Origin: Actinomycetota bacterium
GTDB lineage: Bacteria > Actinomycetota > CADDZG01 > WHSQ01
Assembly (NCBI GenBank): GCA_050694215.1
Contig: JBOGXB010000002.1
Location: 206-64,205, forward strand
Direction of reading: 5' to 3'
Length of the DNA: 64,000 nucleotides
The translations under genes were made by a program, and so were the position numbers. The notes beneath the pieces were generated by a model, which worked only from the letters and a program-made list of their open reading frames with translations, was not told the DNA's origin and did no database searches. This document shows, in pieces, positions 27,503-36,321 of the stretch. The stretch's first letter is position 1; each line of letters starts with the position of its first letter.

Positions 27503-28246
27503 TTGCCCATGGGGAAGGTCGACGAGTCCGCGAACGAGCGCGTGTCCGAGAGGTCCGCGCCTGGGAGTACAACCGCACCGGAGACTCCGAGAACACCCAG
27601 CCGGATGCAGCGCTTCGTCGCGCACCTGACGGACCTGCCCATGCTCATCGTGATTGCGTTCTTCATCGCGGTGGTGATCAAGACCTTCGTTCTCCAGGCC
27701 TTCTACATCCCCTCGGAATCCATGATCCCCACTCTCGGAGTGGGCGACCGCGTGATGGTCGAGAAGCTCAGCTATCGATTCCACGACGCTCGACGCGGCG
27801 ATGTCGTGGTGTTCGCCAGATCCGTCTTCGGCAGGCCGCCCGACGTCCCCTGGTACGAAGACCTGCGCAACTTCTTCAGGGAGTTGCTGGGCCTCCCCAC
27901 CGGGGGGGAGGAGGACCTGATCAAGCGCATCGTTGCCGTCGGCGGCGACACGATCCGCTACCAGGGCAAGCCGCGACAAATGTACGTCAACGGCGATCCG
28001 ATCGAGGAGCCCTACATCCGCGGCATCGACCGCTTCAGTGGCTCGATAACCCCTAGGGATTGCAGGGGCCTGCACATGGACAAGGCCGAGGGGGGGTGTC
28101 GCGTGCCGGCGGGGAGGATCTTCGTCATGGGGGACAACCGATCGCAGTCCGAGGACTCCCGTCTGATCGGCCCCGTCGACGAAGACCGCATCATCGGACG
28201 GGCCTTCGTAGTCATCTGGCCGCTGGGTCGCTTCACCGGGCTATGA
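27503..28246 (+). CDS. lepB: signal peptidase I (copy 2)
   Basis: Same architecture as copy 1 (IPSESMIPTL, GDVVVF, KRIVAVGGD, GDNRSQSEDSR). Start is TTG 27503 or ATG 27509. Confidence 0.88.
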   Translation: MPMGKVDESANERVSERSAPGSTTAPETPRTPSRMQRFVAHLTDLPMLIVIAFFIAVVIKTFVLQAFYIPSESMIPTLGVGDRVMVEKLSYRFHDARRGDVVVFARSVFGRPPDVPWYEDLRNFFRELLGLPTGGEEDLIKRIVAVGGDTIRYQGKPRQMYVNGDPIEEPYIRGIDRFSGSITPRDCRGLHMDKAEGGCRVPAGRIFVMGDNRSQSEDSRLIGPVDEDRIIGRAFVVIWPLGRFTGL

Positions 28247-28258
28247 GCCGCGCTTGCC

Positions 28259-28972
28259 ATGCGGCTGGGGGGTACATTCAGCGCAATGGTGCTAGAGGCT
28301 GAGGGCCTCATGGAAGCTCGCCTCCACGAGGTGGGGTTCGAGCATGTTGCTGGCTGCGACGAGGTCGGACGAGGCGCCCTGGCAGGCCCCTTGGTGGCCG
28401 CCGCCGTGATCCTTCCTCCCGAGGCCGAGATCCCCGGGCTCAGGGACTCGAAGCTGTGCACGAAGCTCCAGTTGCGACGGCTCGAACACGAGATCCGTGA
28501 GGTGGCGCGCGCCGTCTCGGTGGTACGGGTCCATCCGTGGACGATCGACCGGGACGGACTCAACCCGGCCAACATAAAGGCTCTGCGTCACGCCCTCCGG
28601 GGCCTCGGGCGCGATCCGGACTACGTGCTGGTGGACGCCTTCAGGATCAGGCGGTTGAGGTGGCCGAACCTTGCGGTGAAGAAGGCGGACGCGGTCTCCA
28701 AGAACGTGGCGGCAGCTTCCATCGTGGCCAAGGTCTACCGGGACGCTGCGATGCGCCGATACCACAAGCGTTACAAGCAGTACGGATTCGCCTCGAATGT
28801 CGGATATGGCACGCGCTACCACTGGAATGCGTTGCAGCGACACGGACCCTGCCGGATCCATCGGAGATCGTTCTTTGGCGTGATTGGATTTCCCGACGAA
28901 AGTGGTGTCATCCGGCCCCACCCGGCGCGAGACTGGGACCGACAAGCGGATCCTGAAGAGGAGATGCGATGA
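28259..28972 (+). CDS. rnhB: ribonuclease HII
   Basis: VAGCDEVGRGALAGPLVAAAV, DSKLC, VDAF ... ASIVAKVYRD. Confidence 0.9.
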   Translation: MRLGGTFSAMVLEAEGLMEARLHEVGFEHVAGCDEVGRGALAGPLVAAAVILPPEAEIPGLRDSKLCTKLQLRRLEHEIREVARAVSVVRVHPWTIDRDGLNPANIKALRHALRGLGRDPDYVLVDAFRIRRLRWPNLAVKKADAVSKNVAAASIVAKVYRDAAMRRYHKRYKQYGFASNVGYGTRYHWNALQRHGPCRIHRRSFFGVIGFPDESGVIRPHPARDWDRQADPEEEMR

Positions 28973-29298
28973 GCGTCGAGGACCTCGAGAAGTACGAGGC
29001 CGAGATGGAGCTTCAGCTCTACAAGGAGTACCGGGACGTCCTCCCGATGTTCAAGTTCGTCGTCGAGACAGAGCGCCGCTTCTATCTGGCGAATGACGTG
29101 AAGGTGGAGACGCGGCATATGGGAGCCAAGGTGTGGTTCGAGATCGAGCTCGGCGACGCCTGGGTGTGGGACATGCACCGGCCGGCGCGCTTCGTCACCC
29201 AGGTCAAGGTGGTCACGTTCCGGGACCTCAACGTCGAGGAGCTGTCCCAGCTCGCGGAGCAGAACCTCGTGCCCGATCCACCGGGCATGGAGCGCTAG
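28969..29298 (+). CDS. DUF2469 domain protein
   Basis: EDLEKYEAEMELQLYKEYRDV... is the conserved actinobacterial protein that follows rnhB. ATGA overlap with rnhB. Confidence 0.85.
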   Translation: MSVEDLEKYEAEMELQLYKEYRDVLPMFKFVVETERRFYLANDVKVETRHMGAKVWFEIELGDAWVWDMHRPARFVTQVKVVTFRDLNVEELSQLAEQNLVPDPPGMER

Positions 29299-29340
29299 GC
29301 CTTCATCCTGTCGAAGCCGTTCCTCCTCTCCATAGGGGCC

Positions 29341-31002
29341 TTGCTCAGCGCGGGGATCATTGCCGTCACGGTCGTCGTGCGCGGACCAGACTCCTCTTCG
29401 CCCGCTCGGGTGGATCGGACCGGGCGAGAAACGGGCCCCGTATCCCCGAGGGCTTTCTCCCGGGATGCGTGCGCCCTCCCCAGAAACTGGATCGTGAGGA
29501 TCGACCGGGGCTGGGACCGCTCGGCCAGCCGAGCCTTCGACCTCGTCATCATCCCGGCCCCCGGGAACTACATGGGCAGCTTCATCGTGACCAGTCACTC
29601 CGGCCCGTACGGCTATCTGCAGGACGTGCCCCTGGTCCTGTACGGACCGGGGTTCGTGAAGCCCCTGGGCCACACGAAGCTCGACAGGGAGGTGACGATT
29701 GCCGACCTCGCCCCCACCTACGCCCGGCTGATGGGGTTCGGTGGCTGGCCGAAGCGTCATTCCCGGCCGTTGACCGAGGTCCTCGAGGACACGACCGACA
29801 CCCCCAGATTGATCGTCACCACGGTAGTCGATGGCGGGGGTTGGAACGCGCTCGAACGCTGGCCCGATTCATGGCCCAACATCGCGCGCCTTATGGAGGA
29901 CGGCGCGAGCGTGGACGACGCGATCGTCGGATCCTCGCCCTCGATCACCCCGGCCACTCATACGAACATCTCGGTGGGCGATTTTCCCAAGCGGCACGGA
30001 GTGACGGCCATCGCCGTACGGGGCCCGACAACTCGCCTCGTTGGTTCGTTCAGTAAGAGACCCGGCGCCGTAGGTGGCCGCAACATGGACCCGAGGGTGT
30101 CGCTGAAGCTCACTACCGTCGCCGACCTATGGGACCGCAGCGTCAACAACGAGGCGGAGATCGGGTTCCTCGCGAGCGGGAACCTTGCCCTTGGATTGCT
30201 CGGGTTCGGAGCCGCGCTTCCGGGCGGGGATCGCGATATCGCGGCACTGCACAGGGACGAGAAGTGGAGCACCACTCCCGCCTTCTACTCCCTCCCTGAC
30301 TACGTGGCGGAGATCGAGGGGCCTCGGGCTGAGATCGACGCGGTCGACCAGCTCGACGGCCGGTTGGACGGCCGCTGGCTGGGCCACGCGATCGAGCCCT
30401 TCGCCGGGACTCCGGCTCTCGCACCGTGGACCAACAGGGTGACCACCGAGATACTCGGCCGCGAGGGTTTCGGTAGGGACGAGATCACCGATCTCTGGTA
30501 CATGAACCTAAAAGCTCCCGACACGGCCGGTCACAAATGGAACATGATCGCCGAGGAGCAACGTGACGTGCTTGCCTCCGTCGACCAGGCGGTGGCGGAT
30601 CTGCTCGAGTGGCTCGACCGCAACGTGGGCGAGGGGAACTACGTCTTCGTCCTCACGGCCGACCACGGGCAGACCCCACTGGACCGGGGGGGCTGGCCCA
30701 TCGACCGCTCGGAGATCCAGGCCGACATCGACCGGCGCTTCGACAAGGTCGACAACGACAAGGGCTTGGTACAGCGGACGTCCGCGAGCTCCTTCTTCAT
30801 GCACCGTTCGGAGATCCAGGAGAGCGGGACCACGCCGGAGGAGATCGCATCGTTCCTGTCGCGATACACCATCGGCGACAACATCCCCGAAGGAGAGGAG
30901 GTTCCGGAGGGGTTCGAGGACCGGCTGGAAGAGCGCGTGATGAGCGGAGTCATCCCCGGTCGGAAGATCGCCGACGTTCTCGCGTGCACTCGCAGCGACT
31001 GA
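29341..31002 (+). CDS. alkaline-phosphatase-superfamily protein (nucleotide pyrophosphatase/phosphodiesterase-like), N-terminal membrane anchor
   Basis: Motifs VVDGGGW, SSPSITPATHT (nucleophile region), APDTAGHKW and LTADHGQTP. N-terminal hydrophobic segment AGIIAVTVVV. TTG start at 29341. Confidence 0.75.
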   Translation: MLSAGIIAVTVVVRGPDSSSPARVDRTGRETGPVSPRAFSRDACALPRNWIVRIDRGWDRSASRAFDLVIIPAPGNYMGSFIVTSHSGPYGYLQDVPLVLYGPGFVKPLGHTKLDREVTIADLAPTYARLMGFGGWPKRHSRPLTEVLEDTTDTPRLIVTTVVDGGGWNALERWPDSWPNIARLMEDGASVDDAIVGSSPSITPATHTNISVGDFPKRHGVTAIAVRGPTTRLVGSFSKRPGAVGGRNMDPRVSLKLTTVADLWDRSVNNEAEIGFLASGNLALGLLGFGAALPGGDRDIAALHRDEKWSTTPAFYSLPDYVAEIEGPRAEIDAVDQLDGRLDGRWLGHAIEPFAGTPALAPWTNRVTTEILGREGFGRDEITDLWYMNLKAPDTAGHKWNMIAEEQRDVLASVDQAVADLLEWLDRNVGEGNYVFVLTADHGQTPLDRGGWPIDRSEIQADIDRRFDKVDNDKGLVQRTSASSFFMHRSEIQESGTTPEEIASFLSRYTIGDNIPEGEEVPEGFEDRLEERVMSGVIPGRKIADVLACTRSD

Positions 31003-31024
31003 GGCCGGGCTTCTCCGGCTCCCA

Positions 31025-32467
31025 TCATGGGCAGTTCGCACCCGCGCAACGCTGATCGCGCATCAGCATTTGATGGAGCCGTTGAGCTCGCTCGATCAGC
31101 TTGCGGGGGGTCGTCTCCATGAGGTTGTCGAGCTGAGCGGGATCCCGACGCAGGTCGTAGAGCTCGCTGAACGCTAACGAACCGTTCCTCTCGTAGTACT
31201 CGATGAACTGGAAAGAGGGAGCAAGCAGCCCCGACCACGCCGGTCGACCGAAGTCGTTGGAGATGTGCTCGAGCACCAGTCGCCGGTGCCCCTCGACACC
31301 GAGCAGGGAGATCCCGTCGATCGCGTGACGGTCTGCTTCATCGACGCCCGCGGCGTCGAGGATGGTGGGCGCCACATCGATCGTGGAGGCAAGCCTGTCA
31401 TCGGTTGCTCCCTCCTCGACGTGCCCCGGCCACCTCACTACGAACGGAACATGGATCGACTCGACATAGGGGTGCTCCTTGCCTCGAAGAAGGTGCTCCC
31501 CCCATAGGTAGCCCTGATCGGAGACGAAGATCACGAGCGTGCGATCGTCCTCGTTCAGCCGATTCAGCTCACCCTTGATCGTCGTCATGAGGGTCTCCAG
31601 GGACCTGGCCGCGCGGATCTGCTGGGCGCGGGCCTGCTGCAGGTTTTTCAGTTTGGCTCGCGTCCGGTACAGACGTGGCCACTTGTCCGATACGTCGTCC
31701 TCTCCGACGGCCGCGCCCTTCTCCCAGGGCGGCACCGGCGTCGCTTCGAATCTGCGTTCCGGGACCGCCGGAGTGTGGACCGCGGCGGGCGCCAGGTACA
31801 GGAACCACGGGCGGTCGTCGTTCGACTCCGATCGCTCGAGGAAGCGGAGCGTTCGACGTTGGACGAAGTCCTTGTAGTACTCGTCGACAGTCCGAATCTT
31901 GCCGTCGACGTTCCAATTTCCGCCTGCGTAACTCCTGGAGCTCCTCAGGAAGAAGGCCCACTCATCGAAGAACCTGGGAGTTCGAGACAGGGTCCACCCA
32001 TTGAGGAACTTGCCGAACAACGCGCTGAGGTAACCGCGATCGTCAAGGTAACGCTGGATCGTCTCACGCTCCGGCAGCCTGTCTCCATAGTTACCGACGT
32101 TGCTGAGCACGCCGTGGTTGTGCATGAGTTGCCCGGTCATCATCGAGGCGCGTGACGGGCAGCACTCGGGGGTCGTTGCGTAGGCCTCCCTGAAGAGGGT
32201 CCCGCCGTCGACGAGCCAGCCGGTGAGCTCGGGCAGGTCCTCCAGCATGTCCGCTCGCATGTCGTCCGCCACGACAAGGAGGACGTTCGGGGTCTCCTCC
32301 TGCTCGGCCGGCCCGGCCGCCCCTCCGTTCAAGCATGCAGTTAGCACCAGGAACAGGAGCGAAAGGGAGGCGCGGGGCAGGTGCTTCAACGCAACCGACC
32401 TCCCCGGCGGGTTGCCGCGTTGCATGGAGTCATTGGGGGCAGGGTATCGGAGCAACCGCGGCATCAT
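31025..32467 (-). CDS. sulfatase (Cys-type), probable lipoprotein
   Basis: Sulfatase signature CCPSRASMMTG, LVVADDMR, downstream FVSDQGY/GEH. Lipobox-like LVLTAC after a basic N-terminus. Start is 32467 or ATG 32425. Confidence 0.88.
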   Translation of the reverse strand: MMPRLLRYPAPNDSMQRGNPPGRSVALKHLPRASLSLLFLVLTACLNGGAAGPAEQEETPNVLLVVADDMRADMLEDLPELTGWLVDGGTLFREAYATTPECCPSRASMMTGQLMHNHGVLSNVGNYGDRLPERETIQRYLDDRGYLSALFGKFLNGWTLSRTPRFFDEWAFFLRSSRSYAGGNWNVDGKIRTVDEYYKDFVQRRTLRFLERSESNDDRPWFLYLAPAAVHTPAVPERRFEATPVPPWEKGAAVGEDDVSDKWPRLYRTRAKLKNLQQARAQQIRAARSLETLMTTIKGELNRLNEDDRTLVIFVSDQGYLWGEHLLRGKEHPYVESIHVPFVVRWPGHVEEGATDDRLASTIDVAPTILDAAGVDEADRHAIDGISLLGVEGHRRLVLEHISNDFGRPAWSGLLAPSFQFIEYYERNGSLAFSELYDLRRDPAQLDNLMETTPRKLIERAQRLHQMLMRDQRCAGANCP

Positions 32468-32501
32468 CGTTTCCGTCGTACCCCCTCATTAGGTTTGGGG
32501 T

Positions 32502-32855
32502 ATGGACGCGCGCCCAGAGCTTGGTCGCAGAGGTGAGGACCTGGCCGTCTCCGTCTTCCGGCGCCTCGGGTTCGAGATCGTGCAGCGCAACTATCGCTGC
32601 AGGCACGGAGAGGTCGACCTGATCGCGCGCCGGGGCCGGATCCTCGTCTTCTGTGAGGTGAAGACGAGGAGAACGGACCTGTGGGGCATACCCGCCGAGG
32701 CCGTGGATCATCGGAAGCAGTCCCGATTGCGGCTGCTTGCGGCGCTGTGGCTGGCCGAGCACGCTGTGGGCCGGGTCCAGGTCCGTTTCGACGTGGTCTC
32801 CGTTATCGTTCGACCCAACCGTAACGAGATCACTCACATCCCTGACGCGTTCTAG
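32502..32855 (+). CDS. yraN: YraN family (UPF0102) endonuclease-like protein
   Basis: LGRRGEDLAVSVFRRLGFEIVQRNYRCRHGEVDLIA ... VFCEVKTRR. Confidence 0.85.
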   Translation: MDARPELGRRGEDLAVSVFRRLGFEIVQRNYRCRHGEVDLIARRGRILVFCEVKTRRTDLWGIPAEAVDHRKQSRLRLLAALWLAEHAVGRVQVRFDVVSVIVRPNRNEITHIPDAF

Positions 32856-32863
32856 GAGGATTC

Positions 32864-33652
32864 GTGCCCGAGTTCGAGACGCTGCGGTGGGAGCAGGAGG
32901 GACACGTCGCGACCATCACTCTCGACCGGCCCGACAAGAAGAACGCGATGTCGTGGACGATGTTCGAAGAGATCGGCGACGCGTTCGCGCACGCCTCGGT
33001 CGAGGATTCGGTTCGTTGCGTGGTCGTCACGGGGGCCGGGGGAGCGTTCTGCTCCGGCGCGGACCTCGGCGATCCGGCCAACATGGCCGCAGATGGATTC
33101 GAGCTGAAGGAACGGATGCGCCGCATCGACCAGACGGTTCGCTCATTCGTGTTGTGCACGAAGCCGACGATCGCGAGGGTGACCGGCATCGCCGCGGGGG
33201 CGGGCTGCAATCTCGCGTTGGGCTGCGACCTGATCGTGGCGTCGCGCGAGGCGGCTTTCGCCGAGCTGTTCGTCAAGCGCGGGCTGGTCGTCGACTTCGG
33301 AGGGTCGTGGGCCCTGAGCCGCATCCTCCCGCTGCACAGAGCGAAGGAGCTGGCGCTGCTCGGCGAGACCTTGTCCGCCGAGGAAGCGGATCGTTGGGGA
33401 CTCGTGAACCGGCTCTGCGATCCGAGCGAGGTCGACGCGGTGGTCAAGGACATCGCCGAGCGGCTGGCGGGGCTTCCCCCACGGACCGTCTCGCTGATCA
33501 AGGAGAACCTCAACCGGGCCTCCGATCGCTCGTTGGAGCAGAACCTGGAGGCGGAGTCCGCTACCCAGGCGCTGTGCTTCTCGAGCGAGGACACACGTGA
33601 GGCGGTCATGGCGTGGCTCGAGAAGCGGGAGCCGCGCTTCACGGGCCGCTGA
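32864..33652 (+). CDS. enoyl-CoA hydratase/isomerase family protein
   Basis: ATITLDRPDKKNAM, VVVTGAGGAFCSGADL, crotonase fold length. GTG start preceded by AGGAGGA. Confidence 0.88.
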   Translation: MPEFETLRWEQEGHVATITLDRPDKKNAMSWTMFEEIGDAFAHASVEDSVRCVVVTGAGGAFCSGADLGDPANMAADGFELKERMRRIDQTVRSFVLCTKPTIARVTGIAAGAGCNLALGCDLIVASREAAFAELFVKRGLVVDFGGSWALSRILPLHRAKELALLGETLSAEEADRWGLVNRLCDPSEVDAVVKDIAERLAGLPPRTVSLIKENLNRASDRSLEQNLEAESATQALCFSSEDTREAVMAWLEKREPRFTGR

Positions 33653-33734
33653 GGCTCGGCAGCTTTCCTGTCGTACGTCCTCGTTACGCTCTGAATCGCA
33701 GCCGCACTCCCGAGCCGGGGATAGGAGAGCTCCC

Positions 33735-35261
33735 TTGCTCGCCAAGACACATACGGTGGCCATTGTCGGCACCGAAGCTCACCTAGTCCAAGTGGAGGTC
33801 CACGTCGGAGGGGGCTTGCCCAACTTCCGAATCGTCGGGCTACCCGCAGCGTCCGTTCGCGAAGCGGAGCAGAGGACGCGGTCGGCTCTCGACAGCTCGG
33901 GGGAACCCTGGCCCTCCGGGAAGATCGTCGCCAACCTCGCCCCCGGCGCGCTGCGAAAAGAGGGAACCCACTTCGATCTTCCGATCGGTCTGGGCATCAT
34001 GGTGGCGGGCGGGCGGCTCAATTCCGATCTCGTCCAGGACTGGGTGGCGCTGGGGGAGCTGGCGCTGGACGGGCGCGTTCGCCCTGTACGGGGAGCGCTG
34101 GCCGCGGCCCTCCGTTGTCGTCGGGAAGGGCGGCGTGGCCTGCTGTGCCCTGCAGCGAACGCGGCCGAGGCGGCCGCCGTCAAGGGAGTCGAAGTCGTCC
34201 CCGTCGCCTCGCTCGAGGAATGCATCGATTTCCTGAAGGGAGGATGGGTCCCTCCGCCCATCGAGGAAGCTCCTCAGCCTGCCCCCACGGCGATCGAAGA
34301 CATGTCGGAGGTTCGTGGCCAACCCCTGGCGAAGAAGGCCTTGGAGATCGCGGCTGCCGGCGGGCACAACGTTCTGCTGATCGGACCTCCGGGATCCGGG
34401 AAGACGATGTTGGCCCGGCGGCTCCCGGGGATCCTCCCGTCCATGTCGACGGATGAGTCGCTCGAGGTTACCGGGGTGCACTCCGTAGCAGGACTCTTGC
34501 CCGAACGGGTGTCGCTCATCCGGACCAGACCCTTCCGCATGCCTCATCACCACATCTCTCCTGCGGGACTGATCGGGGGCGGGGCGGGGCTGGCGCGCCC
34601 GGGAGAGGTGAGCTTGGCTCACTATGGAGTCCTTTTTTTGGACGAGATCACGCTGTTCAGGCCCGAAGCACTCGAGAGTCTGCGCGGTCCTCTCGAGGAC
34701 GGGACCGTCCGGATCGCGCGGAGTGGGGGAGCGATCAGCTACCCGTGCAGGTTCTCTCTTATCGCTGCCATGAATCCTTGCCCCTGTGGCTACAGGGATG
34801 ACGAGAAGCGAGCCTGTCGCTGCTCTGAGTACATGCTGGAGCCGTACAGACGGAAGATCTCGGGCCCGCTGCTGGATCGATTCGACCTTCAGATCCTGAT
34901 CAACCGTGTGAAGCAGGACGTGCTGCTGGGGGAACATTCCGGGGAATCCTCGTCCACCATGCAAGCGCGCGTCGAGCGTGCCCGCGAGGTGCAAGCCGAA
35001 CGCTACGGATCTCGGCTCGTCACGAACGCAAGTGTCAGGCAATCGAAACTCGAGTACGTAACACAGCTCTCGCCGGTTGTGAGAAAGGAGCTCGCCCAGG
35101 CAGTCGAGACCTTGCAACTGACGGGCCGAGGAGTCAACCGGGTACGCCGCATAGCGCGGACGATCGCCGATCTCGAGGCCGCGACCGACATCAACGAGGA
35201 GCACTTGCTTCAGGCGCTGTTGTTCCGCTACTTCGACGCAAGCGAGGAGGTGGCCGCATGA
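33735..35261 (+). CDS. comM: YifB/ComM family Mg-chelatase-like AAA+ ATPase
   Basis: TTG at 33735 after AGGAGAG gives the canonical N-terminus LAKTHTVAIVGTEAHLVQVEV. Walker A GPPGSGKT. C4 zinc motif NPCPCG...CRC. Confidence 0.9.
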   Translation: MLAKTHTVAIVGTEAHLVQVEVHVGGGLPNFRIVGLPAASVREAEQRTRSALDSSGEPWPSGKIVANLAPGALRKEGTHFDLPIGLGIMVAGGRLNSDLVQDWVALGELALDGRVRPVRGALAAALRCRREGRRGLLCPAANAAEAAAVKGVEVVPVASLEECIDFLKGGWVPPPIEEAPQPAPTAIEDMSEVRGQPLAKKALEIAAAGGHNVLLIGPPGSGKTMLARRLPGILPSMSTDESLEVTGVHSVAGLLPERVSLIRTRPFRMPHHHISPAGLIGGGAGLARPGEVSLAHYGVLFLDEITLFRPEALESLRGPLEDGTVRIARSGGAISYPCRFSLIAAMNPCPCGYRDDEKRACRCSEYMLEPYRRKISGPLLDRFDLQILINRVKQDVLLGEHSGESSSTMQARVERAREVQAERYGSRLVTNASVRQSKLEYVTQLSPVVRKELAQAVETLQLTGRGVNRVRRIARTIADLEAATDINEEHLLQALLFRYFDASEEVAA

Positions 35262-36166
35262 AGGCTCGAGTCATCTCTTCCACCAACGAGGAATGGCCCC
35301 GGCAACTCGACGAGCTGGGCCCTTATCGACCGCCGCAGGAGATGAACGCGACCGGCCTTCCGCTGCGGTGTGGGCAGAGAACCGTTGCGATCGTAGGAAC
35401 GCGAACGCCCTCCGCTGCAGGGCTGGATGCCGCCACCTTGCTTGCCGGGGGACTAGCGGAAGCCGGCTTCACGATCGTTTCGGGCCTCGCCGTAGGGATA
35501 GATGCGGCCGCCCACAAGGGGGCGCTGGATGCGGGTGGTTACACGGTCGCAGTGGTCGGATGCGGCCTCGATGTCGATTATCCGAAACGCAACTCGTTTC
35601 TCAAGCGACAGATCATCTCGCGGGGCACGGTCGTCAGCGAGTACCCGGAGGGGACCCCACCCACCACCTTCACCTTCCCGGAAAGAAACAGGATCATCGC
35701 CGGGCTGAGCGCAGGCATCGTCGTCGTCGAGGGCGGAGACAGGAGCGGGGCCCTCATCACCGCGCGCATCGGCCTGGACGCCAATCGATCGATCTTCGCC
35801 GTTCCCGGAAGCATCCGAAACCCGATGGCCGCAGGCCCCAACGAGCTGATCCGTACCTCTCAGGCGGCTGTGGTGACCAACGTGAAACACATCTGCGAGG
35901 AGCTGGCCCCCGACCAGGTGTGGAACGAGTCGACCGGGCAGGGTCCGATGCATCTGGAGCTCGAAGAGTGCGAGAAGGACGTGCTTGCCTTGATGGACGA
36001 CAGGCCGCTGTCGGGCGACGAGGTGTGCCGTCGCCTCGGGCATGCGCCGGGCCGCGTTGCCCTGGCCCTGTCTCGTCTGGAGGTGAGAAACCTGATCCAC
36101 AGACGAAGGACCGGCTACGAGGTCTCTACCGCCGGGGCCAGGGCAAAGGCGGCCCTCTTCGTCTAG
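35258..36166 (+). CDS. dprA: DNA-processing protein DprA
   Basis: VAIVGTRTPSAAG, IVSGLAVGIDAAAHKGAL, FPERNRIIAGL, GSGALITA. ATGA overlap with comM. Confidence 0.9.
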   Translation: MKARVISSTNEEWPRQLDELGPYRPPQEMNATGLPLRCGQRTVAIVGTRTPSAAGLDAATLLAGGLAEAGFTIVSGLAVGIDAAAHKGALDAGGYTVAVVGCGLDVDYPKRNSFLKRQIISRGTVVSEYPEGTPPTTFTFPERNRIIAGLSAGIVVVEGGDRSGALITARIGLDANRSIFAVPGSIRNPMAAGPNELIRTSQAAVVTNVKHICEELAPDQVWNESTGQGPMHLELEECEKDVLALMDDRPLSGDEVCRRLGHAPGRVALALSRLEVRNLIHRRRTGYEVSTAGARAKAALFV

Positions 36167-36254
36167 GCGACGCGACGAGAGCCCTTCCAGGGGCCACGGC
36201 TCCTTGCGACGGGCGCAGATGGGGTGGTGCGCGCCCACGGACTCTTTACAGTTG

Positions 36255-36294
36255 TTGACAGAAGGAACAGACGTCTCCATCCTTGGGTGGATGG
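36255..36294 (+). promoter_or_regulatory. possible promoter (TTGACA at 36255-36260) and 6-bp inverted repeat CCATCC/GGATGG (36277-36294) upstream of xerC
   Basis: Exact -35 hexamer with a weak -10 candidate CATCCT 17 nt downstream. The palindrome overlaps the -10 position. Sequence pattern only. Confidence 0.25.
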
Positions 36295-36321
36295 TGGTCG
36301 AAGGAGCAAGGGAGGTGAGCC

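Noticed and set aside
33840-35204. 454-aa minus-strand ORF
   Set aside because: Antisense to comM (Walker A and zinc-ribbon motifs are on the plus strand). A shadow ORF.
32502-36166. YraN endonuclease-like, ComM AAA+ and DprA as a possible defence or DNA-targeting system
   Set aside because: This trio is a widely conserved housekeeping arrangement in Actinomycetota, and the sequences are canonical. There is no reason to call it novel.
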